64,000 nt of DNA from a bacterium (GCA_963643165.1 CAVIJD010000009.1:940-64939), one strand, 5' to 3'. Numbered from the stretch's first letter, positions 10,525-20,356 are shown. Notes: generated by a model not told the origin, from the sequence alone. Translations and numbers: made by a program.

Positions 10525-10933
10525 CAGCGTTTTAAAAACAAAGCGACGAAAGACTGCGAAGTGTTTGCGGTGAGGATGGAATCATACAGAACCCAATATT
10601 CCATAGTTCCACATTCTCAAACCTAATCAGGCTTAAGAAACAAGACTACAAATACATAAAGAGCCAAATATGCCTGAAGAAACACGTTTAGTGTGATGTA
10701 AGAAGAAAAATATCAACACAAAATTGTTTGTAACATATCCGTCCTGATTCCTTTCAGTTTGCACCTTTTTTTGCTATTTTAGCCGCCTCATAATGCTACG
10801 CCGAAAAAACAGACAACTGTTTTTAGCATAAACCATTACGAGTGCTCTTCAGACAACAGAGTCCGAATTTCGCGCAGCATTCATTATGAGAAGAAAAAAA
10901 GAAGCACGAACATAAAAACGCTGACCTTTGCCT

Positions 10934-13609
10934 ATGAGTGATTTATCCCTTTTTGGATCAAACAATAACACCGCCCCGGACGAGAACACACCTGAAAGCC
11001 AAACCACGCCTGACAACACGGGGCAAACCATGCCACAAGCATCAGGAAACGCCGCATCGCAGCCAGAGAACCGCAAAACTTACAGCAAGACAGAAATCTT
11101 TGCCGATGTGGTGAACTATTTCGGCGGCGATGAACTGGCGGCCGGCGTGTGGATTGACAAGTACGCGCTCAAAGACAAGGACGGCAACCTTGTGGAACGG
11201 ACGCCCGAAGAGATGCACCACCGTCTGGCACGCGAGTTTGCCCGCATCGAGGGCCGCTATGTGAACCCGATGGGCGAGGAGTTCATCTTCTCGCTGTTCG
11301 ACCGTTTCAAATACGTCATCCCACAAGGCAGCCCGATGGCCGGCCTCGGCAACAACGACCAGATTGTCTCCCTCTCCAACTGCTTTGTCATCGGCAATGC
11401 CAGCAACTCAGACTCTTACGGCGGCATCATGAAGATGGACGAAGAACAGGTGCAGTTGATGAAACGGCGCGGCGGCGTGGGTCACGACCTTTCCGACATC
11501 CGCCCGGCAGGCAGCCGCGTGCAGAACTGCGCCCTGAGCTCCACCGGCGTGGTGCCCTTTATGGAACGCTACTCCAACTCCACGCGCGAGGTGGCGCAAG
11601 ACGGCAGACGCGGAGCCCTTATGCTCTCTATTGCCATCCGGCACCCGGATTCCGAACAGTTCATCGATGCCAAAATGACCGAGGGCAAGGTCACCGGCGC
11701 CAATGTCTCCGTCAAAATCGACGACGACTTTATGGAGTGCGTGCGCAACAACACCCCTTACGTTCTGCGGTATCCCGTAGATTCTGCCAACCCCGTCTTC
11801 ACAAAGGAGATTGATGCCACAAAACTTTGGAAGAAAATCATACACAATGCCTGGAAGTCGGCTGAACCCGGCATCCTCTATTGGGACACCATCCTGCGCG
11901 AGTCGGTGCCCGACTGCTACAAGGACGAGGGCTTCGGCACCGTATCTACGAACCCCTGCGGAGAAATCCCGCTCTGCCCGTACGACAGCTGCCGCCTGAT
12001 AGCCATGAATCTCTACAGTTATGTGGAGAACCCCTTTACAGACAAAGCCTATTTCAACATGTCGCTCTTCAAAGAACACGTCCAGTACGCCCAAAGGCTG
12101 ATGGACGACCTCATCGACCTTGAGATGGAGAAGATTGACAGAATTTTGGAAAAGATTGAAAGCGACCCCGAAAGCGACGACATCAAGCGGGTGGAGAAAG
12201 AACTCTGGCTCAAGATCCGGCTACAGTCTTCAAAAGGACGACGCACCGGCCTTGGCATCACGGGCGAGGGCGACATGCTTGCCGCGTTGAACATCCGCTA
12301 CGGCTCCGACGAGGGCAATGCCTTCTCAACGGAGGTCCACAAGCAACTGGCACTCGCGGCTTACCGTTCCTCGGTGACCATGGCCAAAGAGCGCGGGGCT
12401 TTCCCCATCTACAGTTGCATAAAAGAGGGACACAACCCCTTCATCCAACGGTTGCGCCAAGCCGACCCGAAACTTTATGAGGACATGATCCGCTACGGAC
12501 GCCGCAACATCGCCCTGCTGACCATCGCGCCCACAGGCAGCGTGAGCATCTGCACCCAAACCACCTCCGGACTCGAACCGGCATTCAACGTCATCTACAA
12601 ACGCCGCCGGAAAGTCAACCCGAACGACATGTCTATCAAGAAGACTACCGTAAAAGACGTGATGGGCGACAGTTTTGAAGAGTATCTCGTCTTTCACCAG
12701 AAGTTCCTCAAATGGGCCGAAGTCAACGGCTACACTTACGAGCAAATGACCCAAATGGATGAAAAAGAGCTCCAACAACTGGTGGAAAAGTCGCCGTACT
12801 ATAAATCTACTGCCGCCGACACCGACTATCTCAAAAAGGTAGAGTTACAAGGTTCTGTGCAGAAATGGGTTGACCACTCCATCTCCGTCACCGTGAATTT
12901 GCCCGCCGACATCTCGGAGCAGACCGTAGCCGACCTCTACATGAAGGCTTGGCAAGTAGGCTGCAAAGGGCTCACCGTATATCGGGAGGGCTCGCGCGAC
13001 GGCGTGCTCATCACCCAGACAAGCGAGAAAAAAACCGAAAAAGCCGCTGCCCAGTCCAAGAATTTCAAACGCCCCAAAGAACTGCAAGCCGACATTATCC
13101 ACTTCAAGAACAACAACGAGGACTGGGTCGCCTATATCGGACTTTACAACGACAAACCTTACGAAATCTTCACAGGAAAAACCGGCGAGGAGAATTTCCA
13201 ACTGCCCAAATGGGTGGAACACGGGTTCATCATCAAAAACAGGCACGAGGACGGCACTAAGTCGTACGACTTCAGATACTACGACAAGGCCGGATATGAA
13301 GTCATCTTGCGCGGACTTGACCGCTGTTTCAACCAGGAGTTCTGGAATTATGCCAAGATGACCTCCGCATTGCTGCGCAACGGCATACCGGTCAACAACA
13401 TCGTCAACATCATCTCCGGACTCAACTTCAGACAAGAGAGCATCAACTCGTGGCGCAACGGCGTATGCCGGGCACTCAAGAAGTTCATTCAGGACGGCAC
13501 CAAACAGAAAGGCGTGGAATGTCCAAACTGCCACCGCCTTGACTCTATGGAGTTCAAAGAGGGCTGCCTTGTTTGCTCCAATTGCGGATACTCTAAATGC
13601 GGTTCATAA
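10934..13609 (+). CDS. nrdJ: Class II (adenosylcobalamin-dependent) ribonucleotide reductase
   Basis: RNR catalytic core (SNCFV, TNPCGEIPL, LLTIAPTGS). No ATP-cone; ~50 aa low-complexity N-terminus; C-terminal Cys-rich zinc-finger tail CPNCHRLDSMEFKEGCLVCSNCGYSKCGS. ATG at 10934 (the ORF track uses the TTG at 10928). Confidence 0.9.
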   Translation: MSDLSLFGSNNNTAPDENTPESQTTPDNTGQTMPQASGNAASQPENRKTYSKTEIFADVVNYFGGDELAAGVWIDKYALKDKDGNLVERTPEEMHHRLAREFARIEGRYVNPMGEEFIFSLFDRFKYVIPQGSPMAGLGNNDQIVSLSNCFVIGNASNSDSYGGIMKMDEEQVQLMKRRGGVGHDLSDIRPAGSRVQNCALSSTGVVPFMERYSNSTREVAQDGRRGALMLSIAIRHPDSEQFIDAKMTEGKVTGANVSVKIDDDFMECVRNNTPYVLRYPVDSANPVFTKEIDATKLWKKIIHNAWKSAEPGILYWDTILRESVPDCYKDEGFGTVSTNPCGEIPLCPYDSCRLIAMNLYSYVENPFTDKAYFNMSLFKEHVQYAQRLMDDLIDLEMEKIDRILEKIESDPESDDIKRVEKELWLKIRLQSSKGRRTGLGITGEGDMLAALNIRYGSDEGNAFSTEVHKQLALAAYRSSVTMAKERGAFPIYSCIKEGHNPFIQRLRQADPKLYEDMIRYGRRNIALLTIAPTGSVSICTQTTSGLEPAFNVIYKRRRKVNPNDMSIKKTTVKDVMGDSFEEYLVFHQKFLKWAEVNGYTYEQMTQMDEKELQQLVEKSPYYKSTAADTDYLKKVELQGSVQKWVDHSISVTVNLPADISEQTVADLYMKAWQVGCKGLTVYREGSRDGVLITQTSEKKTEKAAAQSKNFKRPKELQADIIHFKNNNEDWVAYIGLYNDKPYEIFTGKTGEENFQLPKWVEHGFIIKNRHEDGTKSYDFRYYDKAGYEVILRGLDRCFNQEFWNYAKMTSALLRNGIPVNNIVNIISGLNFRQESINSWRNGVCRALKKFIQDGTKQKGVECPNCHRLDSMEFKEGCLVCSNCGYSKCGS

Positions 13610-13627
13610 TCAAGTAAATGCAGAATA

Positions 13628-14380
13628 ATGGATAGCAACAGCAACATCGTCAATTTATTCATCCCTTGCCAGATGGACATGTTCCAGCCGAACACGGCAT
13701 TCAGCGTCATCACCATACTGGAACGCATCGGCATCAGAGGCCAGTACATTGAAGAGCAAACCTGCTGCGGACGGCGCTTCTTTTTGGAGGGCGAATTGGA
13801 ATATGCCCAAGATTTGAGCAGTCAGATAATGCAGAATTATAACGGTTACAACGGTAAAGTAAAACTACCGCTTGTGATTCCCGACTGCAGTTGTGCAGGA
13901 TATATGAAAAAAGAGTACCGGAATGTTTTAAAAAATGTGGTTCTGCCGCAAGAACTCGACCAATTTGTTTCAAACGTCTGGGAACTGTGCGACTACATTG
14001 TCAACGTCAAACACATTGAGTGTCTTGAGAACTCCTTTGAGGGCGATGTCTTCTATTTCAAGTCTTGCGCCGCTCGCAACCTCTACCCCTCGAATGATGC
14101 ACCTGAAACCTTGCTGCGCAACACAAAAGGGCTCAACTTGATGCTAAACGAAGAGATAAACACCTGTTGCGGTGCAAACGGACGTTTTGCCTTGTCAAAT
14201 CCCAACGACATGGAGTGCCTCACGGGAGAGATTGTCAGAAAAATCACAGAAACTTCGCACATCGACTACATCACCTCCACCGACATCCATTGCCTTCAAC
14301 ATATAGACGCCTACAAGGAAGCGCACAACCTGGACTTTGAAGTCATCCACATTGCCGACATTCTAAAAGGGGAACAATAA
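13628..14380 (+). CDS. CCG-domain (Fe-S)-binding protein, LutA/HdrB/GlcF-like
   Basis: Two CCG motifs (EEQTCCGRRF, INTCCGANG) and a LutA-like N-terminus (VNLFIPCQMDMFQPNTAF). No lutB or lutC nearby. Confidence 0.7.
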   Translation: MDSNSNIVNLFIPCQMDMFQPNTAFSVITILERIGIRGQYIEEQTCCGRRFFLEGELEYAQDLSSQIMQNYNGYNGKVKLPLVIPDCSCAGYMKKEYRNVLKNVVLPQELDQFVSNVWELCDYIVNVKHIECLENSFEGDVFYFKSCAARNLYPSNDAPETLLRNTKGLNLMLNEEINTCCGANGRFALSNPNDMECLTGEIVRKITETSHIDYITSTDIHCLQHIDAYKEAHNLDFEVIHIADILKGEQ

Positions 14381-14432
14381 GTTTCTTTCTTCAGAGAATT
14401 TTTTCAGAAAAGATTCAGAAAACCACATAAAT

Positions 14433-14464
14433 AAAAAAGGCCCTCTTGGGAAGGACCTTTTTTA
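14433..14464. terminator. Imperfect A-run/hairpin/T-run between convergent genes (CCG protein and rpmA)
   Basis: aaaaaaggccctcttgggaaggacctttttt. The stem is imperfect and could act in both directions. Confidence 0.4.
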
Positions 14465-14491
14465 AAATCAAACATTATGAACAAAATATCA

Positions 14492-14761
14492 TTAGTTCCG
14501 CGTCTCCTGAGCAGGAATCACAGAAACATATGATCTATCCTTGTGGGTTTTCTTGAAAGAGACGGTTCCATCGATAAGAGCATACAACGTATGATCTCTT
14601 CCCATACCTACATTCTGTCCCGGATTGTGAACCGTACCTCTTTGGCGAACGATGATGTTGCCAGCTTTGGCGAATTGACCGCCAAATATTTTAAGACCCA
14701 ATCTTTTGCTTGCTGATTCGCGGCCGTTCTGTGAACTGCCGACGCCTTTTTTATGTGCCAT
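14492..14761 (-). CDS. rpmA: 50S ribosomal protein L27
   Basis: [24 protein letters not shown]... is the canonical L27 sequence. Confidence 0.97.
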   Translation of the reverse strand: MAHKKGVGSSQNGRESASKRLGLKIFGGQFAKAGNIIVRQRGTVHNPGQNVGMGRDHTLYALIDGTVSFKKTHKDRSYVSVIPAQETRN

Positions 14762-14790
14762 ATTCTATTTTCTTTTTTAATTAATGATAA

Positions 14791-15102
14791 CTATAAGGTA
14801 ATGTCATCAATTTTAATGGAGGTCAGATACTGACGATGACCATTCAATTTCTGAAAACCTTTTCTTCTTCTTTTCTTGAAAACGAGGACTTTGTCGCCTT
14901 TGAGGTGTTTGAGCACCGTTGCGGTAACAGAAGCACCGGAAACGGTAGGCGTACCAACTTTGACGTTGCCGTCATTTTCAACCAACAGTACGCTGTCAAA
15001 CTTCACTTGCGTACCCTCTTCAGCCTGAAGGCGCTGAACATAGACCTTGCGGTCTTTTTCAATCTTGAATTGCTGCCCGGCTATCTCTACAATTGCATAC
15101 AT
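14791..15102 (-). CDS. rplU: 50S ribosomal protein L21
   Basis: [25 protein letters not shown]... is the canonical L21 start. The ATG at 15102 is used rather than the long ORF-track extension. Confidence 0.95.
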   Translation of the reverse strand: MYAIVEIAGQQFKIEKDRKVYVQRLQAEEGTQVKFDSVLLVENDGNVKVGTPTVSGASVTATVLKHLKGDKVLVFKKRRRKGFQKLNGHRQYLTSIKIDDITL

Positions 15103-15140
15103 TATTTTATCTGTTTTTTTGTTTGTTCTTAAAACGGCTG

Positions 15141-15148
15141 CAAAAATA
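15141..15148 (-). promoter_or_regulatory. -7 box (TATTTTTG) upstream of rplU-rpmA
   Basis: Plus-strand caaaaata, ~39 nt upstream of the rplU ATG. Confidence 0.45.
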
Positions 15149-15213
15149 GAAAAATTATCATTACGTGCAAATAGTCTGCAATTTTTTTTGACGATTTTCG
15201 TTATTTTCTCTGT

Positions 15214-16347
15214 ATGGCATTGAAAATATATATGAAAATGAACAAGACAAACATCATTAAGCATTTGATTATCAGTCTTATAGTGTTTTTATCATATTCC
15301 GTGACAACTTTGGCACAAACATCCGGCGGGCGATACGAAATGGTAGATTTGACCCGTGCGGCCGAAGAGTCCGTGAATGCAGTAGTATATATAAAGACGG
15401 AATTTATGCAGAAAAATTCTGCTTGGGACGACTTTTTCGGGGGCACGATATGGGAGAATCTGTTCGGTTCCGCACCGAGTCTCTATCCGGTTCAGGCTGC
15501 GGGTTCAGGCGTGATTGTCTCCGCCGACGGCTACATCATCACGAACAACCATGTAGTAGAAGATGCGGTCCGCGCCACCATCACGCTGAATGACAAACGC
15601 GAATACCAGGGCACCATCGTGGGAACCGATCCCGTCTCCGACCTTGCCCTTATCAAAATAGAAGAAAAAGGGCTTCCCTATCTTGAATTTGCCAATTCCG
15701 ACTCCGTCAAGATCGGGCAATGGGTGCTGGCCGTCGGCAATCCGATGAACCTCACCTCAACCGTCACCGCGGGCATCATCAGTGCCAAGTCGCGCCTGCT
15801 CAACACCACCACGGGGCGCGTCAAAACGGAAGAGACCTACTTGCAGACAGACGCCGCCGTCAACTCGGGCAACAGCGGCGGTGCGTTGGTCAATGCTTCA
15901 GGCAAACTCATCGGCGTCAACACGGCCATTGCCTCCGGCAACGGATACTATACAGGCTACTCGTTCGCCATCCCCTCCAATATTGTCAAGAAAGTCTATG
16001 ATGACCTGAAAAAATACGGCAAGGTGCAGTCTGCCTTTTTGGGTGTCTCCATAGCCGAACTGAATGCGTCCTTGGCCAAAGAATACGGTCTCGACGACGT
16101 GCGCGGCGTCTATATCGCCGAAATTGCCACCGACGGCGCCGCCGCCAACAACGACTTTCAGGAAGGCGACGTAATCGTTGAGATCTGCGGACTGCCCACC
16201 AACAGCCTCGCTGAAGTGCGCAACGTGCTCAAAACAAAATCTCCCGGCGATGTCGTATCCGTCACCATCATCCGAAATCACGAAAAAAAACACCGGCATG
16301 TAACTTTATTGAACAGCGAGGGTACAACGGAGATTATCGGAGAATAA
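15214..16347 (+). CDS. S1C (HtrA/DegP-like) serine protease with one PDZ domain
   Basis: Catalytic triad contexts TNNHVV, DLALIKI and GNSGGALV, with a PDZ-like C-terminus. The start is ambiguous (ATGs at 15214, 15232, 15238); the signal peptide fits [18 protein letters not shown]. Confidence 0.8.
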   Translation: MALKIYMKMNKTNIIKHLIISLIVFLSYSVTTLAQTSGGRYEMVDLTRAAEESVNAVVYIKTEFMQKNSAWDDFFGGTIWENLFGSAPSLYPVQAAGSGVIVSADGYIITNNHVVEDAVRATITLNDKREYQGTIVGTDPVSDLALIKIEEKGLPYLEFANSDSVKIGQWVLAVGNPMNLTSTVTAGIISAKSRLLNTTTGRVKTEETYLQTDAAVNSGNSGGALVNASGKLIGVNTAIASGNGYYTGYSFAIPSNIVKKVYDDLKKYGKVQSAFLGVSIAELNASLAKEYGLDDVRGVYIAEIATDGAAANNDFQEGDVIVEICGLPTNSLAEVRNVLKTKSPGDVVSVTIIRNHEKKHRHVTLLNSEGTTEIIGE

Positions 16348-16425
16348 AAAGCACCGGCATTTGATGACATCAACAAAATCATTCCTATAGGTTAAAATTT
16401 TATATCTTTTTATTATATATATTGT

Positions 16426-17286
16426 ATGAGACAATTAAAAATTTCAAAATCCATCACCAACCGCGATTCTGCTTCATTAGACCGTTATCTTGCCGACATC
16501 GGCAAGGAGAGCATGATCAGCGCAGAGGAGGAAGTAGAATTGGCGCGCAAAATCAAAGCGGGCGACGAGGAGGCCTTGAATAAACTGACCACCACAAACC
16601 TGCGGTTTGTGGTTTCTGTGGCAAAACAGTACCAAAACCAGGGCATCAGTTTGCAAGACCTCATCAACGAGGGGAACGTTGGCCTGATAAAGGCCGCCAA
16701 GCGTTTTGACGAGACCCGCGGCTTCAAGTTCATCTCATACGCAGTTTGGTGGATCCGCCAGTCTATCCTGCAAGCTATTGCAGACCAGTCACGCATCGTA
16801 CGTCTTCCGCTCAACCAAGTCGGCGTAATCAACAAAATAAAGAAAGAGACTGCCCGTCTGGAGCAGACCCTCAAACGTCTGCCCACCACCGAGGAGATTG
16901 CCGAGGCCATTGACATGCCCGTGTATAAGGTTTCCGAAATCATGAAGATGAACAACCACCCGCAGTCTATCGACTCGCCCATCTCCCCGAACGAGGAGAC
17001 CCGCTTTGTGGACATCTTCGTACACGACAACGACGAAGACACGGACAACATCCTGATTAAGGAGTCCCTCTCCTCCGAGATCCACGACCTTTTGAAGACC
17101 CTGCCCGACAAAGAGCAGGAGGTGCTGAAACTCTTCTATGGCATTGACACCTCGCACGAACACACTCTTGACGAGATCGGCGACCGTATGGAACTGTCGA
17201 GAGAGCGGGTCAGACAAATCAAAGAGCGCGCCCTGAAACGTCTGCGCCAAAACAGCAAGAACAAGAACCTAAAAAGTTACCTATAG
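16426..17286 (+). CDS. rpoD: Primary RNA polymerase sigma factor (Bacteroidota sigma-A, lacks region 1.1)
   Basis: Regions 2-4 present (NLRFVVSVAKQY, YAVWWIRQSI, LSRERVRQIKERAL). The 286-aa length is typical of Bacteroidota sigma-A. Confidence 0.95.
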   Translation: MRQLKISKSITNRDSASLDRYLADIGKESMISAEEEVELARKIKAGDEEALNKLTTTNLRFVVSVAKQYQNQGISLQDLINEGNVGLIKAAKRFDETRGFKFISYAVWWIRQSILQAIADQSRIVRLPLNQVGVINKIKKETARLEQTLKRLPTTEEIAEAIDMPVYKVSEIMKMNNHPQSIDSPISPNEETRFVDIFVHDNDEDTDNILIKESLSSEIHDLLKTLPDKEQEVLKLFYGIDTSHEHTLDEIGDRMELSRERVRQIKERALKRLRQNSKNKNLKSYL

Positions 17287-17306
17287 CCGATTCTCTACCT
17301 CAGCCG

Positions 17307-17909
17307 ATGCTTCGATTACAAAGACTGGTCTTTCTGTGCTGTCTGCTGTTCTGCCTGACCGTCATGCTGTGGGCGTGCGGCCGCAAGGCGGGCAACGAGA
17401 CCCCGAAACCCGTGGCCTATTTCCGCATCGACATCCCGGATCACCGCTATGTTCACACAGACACGACCCTGCCGTTTCAGTTTGAACGCTCCGCCGAAAC
17501 AGACGTGGCCATCGTTCCGAAAGAGAAAGGCTCTTGCTGGATTGACTTAGAATACCCCGCCCTGAACGCGACCCTGAAACTCACCTATCTTCCAATACGG
17601 AACGCCGACAGTCTGCGCGACCTCATCGTCCGTGAAGACAAGATGGTGAAATTCCATTATCAGAAAGCCGAAGATGTCGAGTACTCCATCGTCAAAGATG
17701 CCGAAGACCGGCTTTGGGGTCAGATTTATGACATCGAGGGACGGGAAGTCGCCACGCCTTTCATTTTCTGGCTGACCGACAGTTCGCGCCATTTCCTGCG
17801 CGGGTCGCTGTATTTCAATTTCACACCCAACAACGACTCCCTGGAGCCCGTAATCAAATACTTACGAGAAGATGCCCTGCATTTTGTCAACACTTTTCAA
17901 TGGAAATAA
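17307..17909 (+). CDS. gldD: Gliding-motility/T9SS-associated lipoprotein GldD
   Basis: Lipobox LWAC, and GldD-like blocks PKPVAYFRIDIPDHRY, LPFQFE, LEYPALNATLKLTY and HFLRGSLYFNFTPNNDSLEPV. Confidence 0.7.
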   Translation: MLRLQRLVFLCCLLFCLTVMLWACGRKAGNETPKPVAYFRIDIPDHRYVHTDTTLPFQFERSAETDVAIVPKEKGSCWIDLEYPALNATLKLTYLPIRNADSLRDLIVREDKMVKFHYQKAEDVEYSIVKDAEDRLWGQIYDIEGREVATPFIFWLTDSSRHFLRGSLYFNFTPNNDSLEPVIKYLREDALHFVNTFQWK

Positions 17910-17928
17910 ACCTGTAACGTCCAGCACT

Positions 17929-19236
17929 ATGACAACTTCCCATAAACGGCCGCGCCTCAGCACCGCAATGCTTCCTTTTCTGCTGACCTTTCTCATTTGC
18001 TGGTCGGCGGCGGCTCAGACAAACCTTAAGATGATGCAGTACAACTTGATGTACTACACCAACACTTCCGGCGTCTCCGGCTGCACCCCCTCCACCAACA
18101 ACCTCAACACCAAAGACAGCTGCCTGCGCACCATCTTCCATCACGTCGCCCCTGACGTGTTCTGCGTTTGCGAGATAGGAACCAGCGAAACGTACGCGGA
18201 AAGGATCCTCAACAATGTCATCAACATCAACGGCATTAACCGTTACAAACGGGGACCACTCACCCACTATTCCGGCGGAACCATCGCCAACATGATCTAC
18301 TACGACACGACGAAACTTACCCTGTGTGACTCCTATTACATCACAACCCAATACCGCGACATCAACGGATACAAAATGCACGTCAACGGCAGCATGTACA
18401 ACGGCGACAGCACTTTCATCACATTCTGGATCATGCACCTCAAAGCCGGCCAGTACGAGTCGGCGCAGACCGCTCGACACACGCAAGCACAGCGGTTGAT
18501 GGAACGCATCTCATCGTCGGGGATTCCGGGGAACTACGTTGTTTCCGGCGACTTCAACATCTACCGCGACTCCGAACCGGCTTATCAGGAGATGGTGAAC
18601 TACTCCAACAGCCTCTTTCGCCTGTACGACCCCATAGACCGGGCGGGCGAATGGAACAACAACGGCCAATTTGCAGACATCCACACCCAGTCAACCCACG
18701 CTTACGACTCGGAAGGCTGCTTCTCCACCGGAGGAATGGACGACCGTTTCGACTTCATTCTGGTTTCTCCGTACATCTACTACGGCAGCAACGGCGTGCA
18801 AGTAGTGCCCGAAACCTATCACGCGTTAGGGCAAGACGGCGAGCATTTCAACAAATCGCTCGTCCAGCCGCAAAACAACTCCCTGCCCCAAGAGGTCATC
18901 AATGCCCTTTACCGGCAGTCTGACCACCTGCCCGTCATCACCGAGTTTGCCATCGACGGGAGCTCCGGGATCGACGAACAGGCGACATTATGCTTCATGA
19001 AAGCGGTGAACCCCGTGAACGACAAACTCACCTTGCATGTTCAAAGCCTTGTGGCCGACGACTGCACATTCGAGTTGTTCTCCGTTGACGGCAAAAAACT
19101 CTGCACCTACACGGAACATCTTACCACACAACCTTGCAGGTTAGACTATCCTTTCAATTTCCCCAAAGGCATATACATCCTCAAGGCAACCGGGAAGCAA
19201 CTGCCTCGGCAGGTTTTCAAACTCATAAAACAATAA
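17929..19236 (+). CDS. Secreted endonuclease/exonuclease/phosphatase (EEP)-family protein with T9SS C-terminal sorting domain
   Basis: Signal peptide; EEP-like blocks (DVFCVCEIG, VVSGDFN, SDHLPV); the last 77 aa resemble a type A CTD. Confidence 0.7.
   Translation: MTTSHKRPRLSTAMLPFLLTFLICWSAAAQTNLKMMQYNLMYYTNTSGVSGCTPSTNNLNTKDSCLRTIFHHVAPDVFCVCEIGTSETYAERILNNVININGINRYKRGPLTHYSGGTIANMIYYDTTKLTLCDSYYITTQYRDINGYKMHVNGSMYNGDSTFITFWIMHLKAGQYESAQTARHTQAQRLMERISSSGIPGNYVVSGDFNIYRDSEPAYQEMVNYSNSLFRLYDPIDRAGEWNNNGQFADIHTQSTHAYDSEGCFSTGGMDDRFDFILVSPYIYYGSNGVQVVPETYHALGQDGEHFNKSLVQPQNNSLPQEVINALYRQSDHLPVITEFAIDGSSGIDEQATLCFMKAVNPVNDKLTLHVQSLVADDCTFELFSVDGKKLCTYTEHLTTQPCRLDYPFNFPKGIYILKATGKQLPRQVFKLIKQ
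19003..19233 (+). other. T9SS type-A-like C-terminal sorting domain of the EEP protein
   Basis: AVNPVNDKLTLHV...FELFSVDGKKL...KGIYILKATGKQLPRQVFKLIKQ. Confidence 0.6.
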
Positions 19237-19252
19237 TCTGCGAAAAAAAGTA

Positions 19253-19260
19253 TATCTTTG
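19253..19260 (+). promoter_or_regulatory. -7 box (TATCTTTG) upstream of the DksA-like gene and lspA
   Basis: tatctttg lies 32 nt upstream of the ATG at 19292. Confidence 0.45.
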
Positions 19261-19291
19261 CGCCTTTTATTAACCCAACAAAAACCATATT

Positions 19292-19678
19292 ATGGCAGAA
19301 CTAGTAGCAAACAGATACTCGGACGAAGACCTTGAAGAATTCAGGGCACTCATCCTGAAGAAGATTGAGGAGGCAAAAAAATCGATGGAAGTCTATCAGG
19401 AAGCCTACTCCGGCAGCGGCAATGACACGATGGACACGGCGCCCACTTTCAAGAATCTGGAAGACGGGAACCAAGTGCTCTCCAAAGAGGAAAACAGCCG
19501 TCTGGCGAACCGTCTGAACAGATACATCGCCAATCTTGAGTCGGCTTTGGTCCGCATCGAGAACAAAACCTACGGAATCGACCGCATAACGGGCAAACTC
19601 ATCCCCAAAGAGCGTCTTAGGATTGTGCCTCACGCCACCCTTGACATCGACACCAAACTCAACGAAAAAAAGAAATAG
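19292..19678 (+). CDS. DksA/TraR-family protein lacking all four zinc-finger cysteines
   Basis: DxxDxA coiled-coil tip (DTMDTA). The C-terminal YGIDRITGKLIPKERLRIVPHATLDIDTK aligns with FGYCESCG...LCIDCK of DksA, with Cys replaced by D, T, D and T. The protein contains no Cys at all. Confidence 0.55.
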   Translation: MAELVANRYSDEDLEEFRALILKKIEEAKKSMEVYQEAYSGSGNDTMDTAPTFKNLEDGNQVLSKEENSRLANRLNRYIANLESALVRIENKTYGIDRITGKLIPKERLRIVPHATLDIDTKLNEKKK

Positions 19679-19681
19679 GCT

Positions 19682-20356
19682 TTGAGCAAGCAAAAGAAAT
19701 ACCTTCTGGTTTCGGGCATCGTCATCGTTGTGATCTTGTTTTTTGACCAGTTGCTGAAGATTCTGGTCAAAACAAACATGACCTTGGGGGAAACCATTCC
19801 TGTGTTGGGCAATTGGTTCAACCTCTGCTTCATAGAAAACGAAGGTATGGCTTTCGGATTGAGTTTCGGGCAGAACATCGGCAAACTGTTATTGTCGCTG
19901 CTGCGTATCGCACTGGTAGCCTTTATGGTGTGGTACATCTTGCGCCTCATCAAGCAGAACAAAATGGACTGGGGGCTGCTGATCACGTTCAGTCTGATTG
20001 TAGCCGGCGCTGTCGGCAACATCCTCGACTGCCTGTTTTACGGGCCGGTATTCAGTGAAAGCACCGTCACAACTGTCGCAACCATGTTCCCTGACGGGGG
20101 CGGTTATGCGCCGGTCTTCTACGGGAAAGTGGTGGACATGTTCTATTTCCGGCTTTTCCCGATACCCGAAGGCTTCCCGTTGTGGGGAGGTTCCTACTTT
20201 TTCCCTGCCGTCTTCAACCTTGCCGACTGTTGTGTGACGGTTGGCATCGTGCTGCTGTTGATTTTCAGCAACCGCATATTCGGCGAAAAAGAGAAAAACG
20301 GGAAAAAAGAGAGCGGGAACGCCGCCGAAGTCTCTATTCCGCAACAACATCATTGA
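19682..20356 (+). CDS. lspA: Lipoprotein signal peptidase II
   Basis: LGNWFNLCFIENEGMAFGL and FNLADCCVTVG are LspA signature blocks. TTG start 4 nt after the upstream stop. Confidence 0.9.
   Translation: MSKQKKYLLVSGIVIVVILFFDQLLKILVKTNMTLGETIPVLGNWFNLCFIENEGMAFGLSFGQNIGKLLLSLLRIALVAFMVWYILRLIKQNKMDWGLLITFSLIVAGAVGNILDCLFYGPVFSESTVTTVATMFPDGGGYAPVFYGKVVDMFYFRLFPIPEGFPLWGGSYFFPAVFNLADCCVTVGIVLLLIFSNRIFGEKEKNGKKESGNAAEVSIPQQHH

Noticed and set aside
10525-10933. Cobalamin riboswitch or NrdR operator upstream of nrdJ
   Set aside because: No B12-box-like core and no clean NrdR-box palindrome are visible by eye. Only weak or imperfect repeats are present, so I reported the region as an unassigned leader instead.
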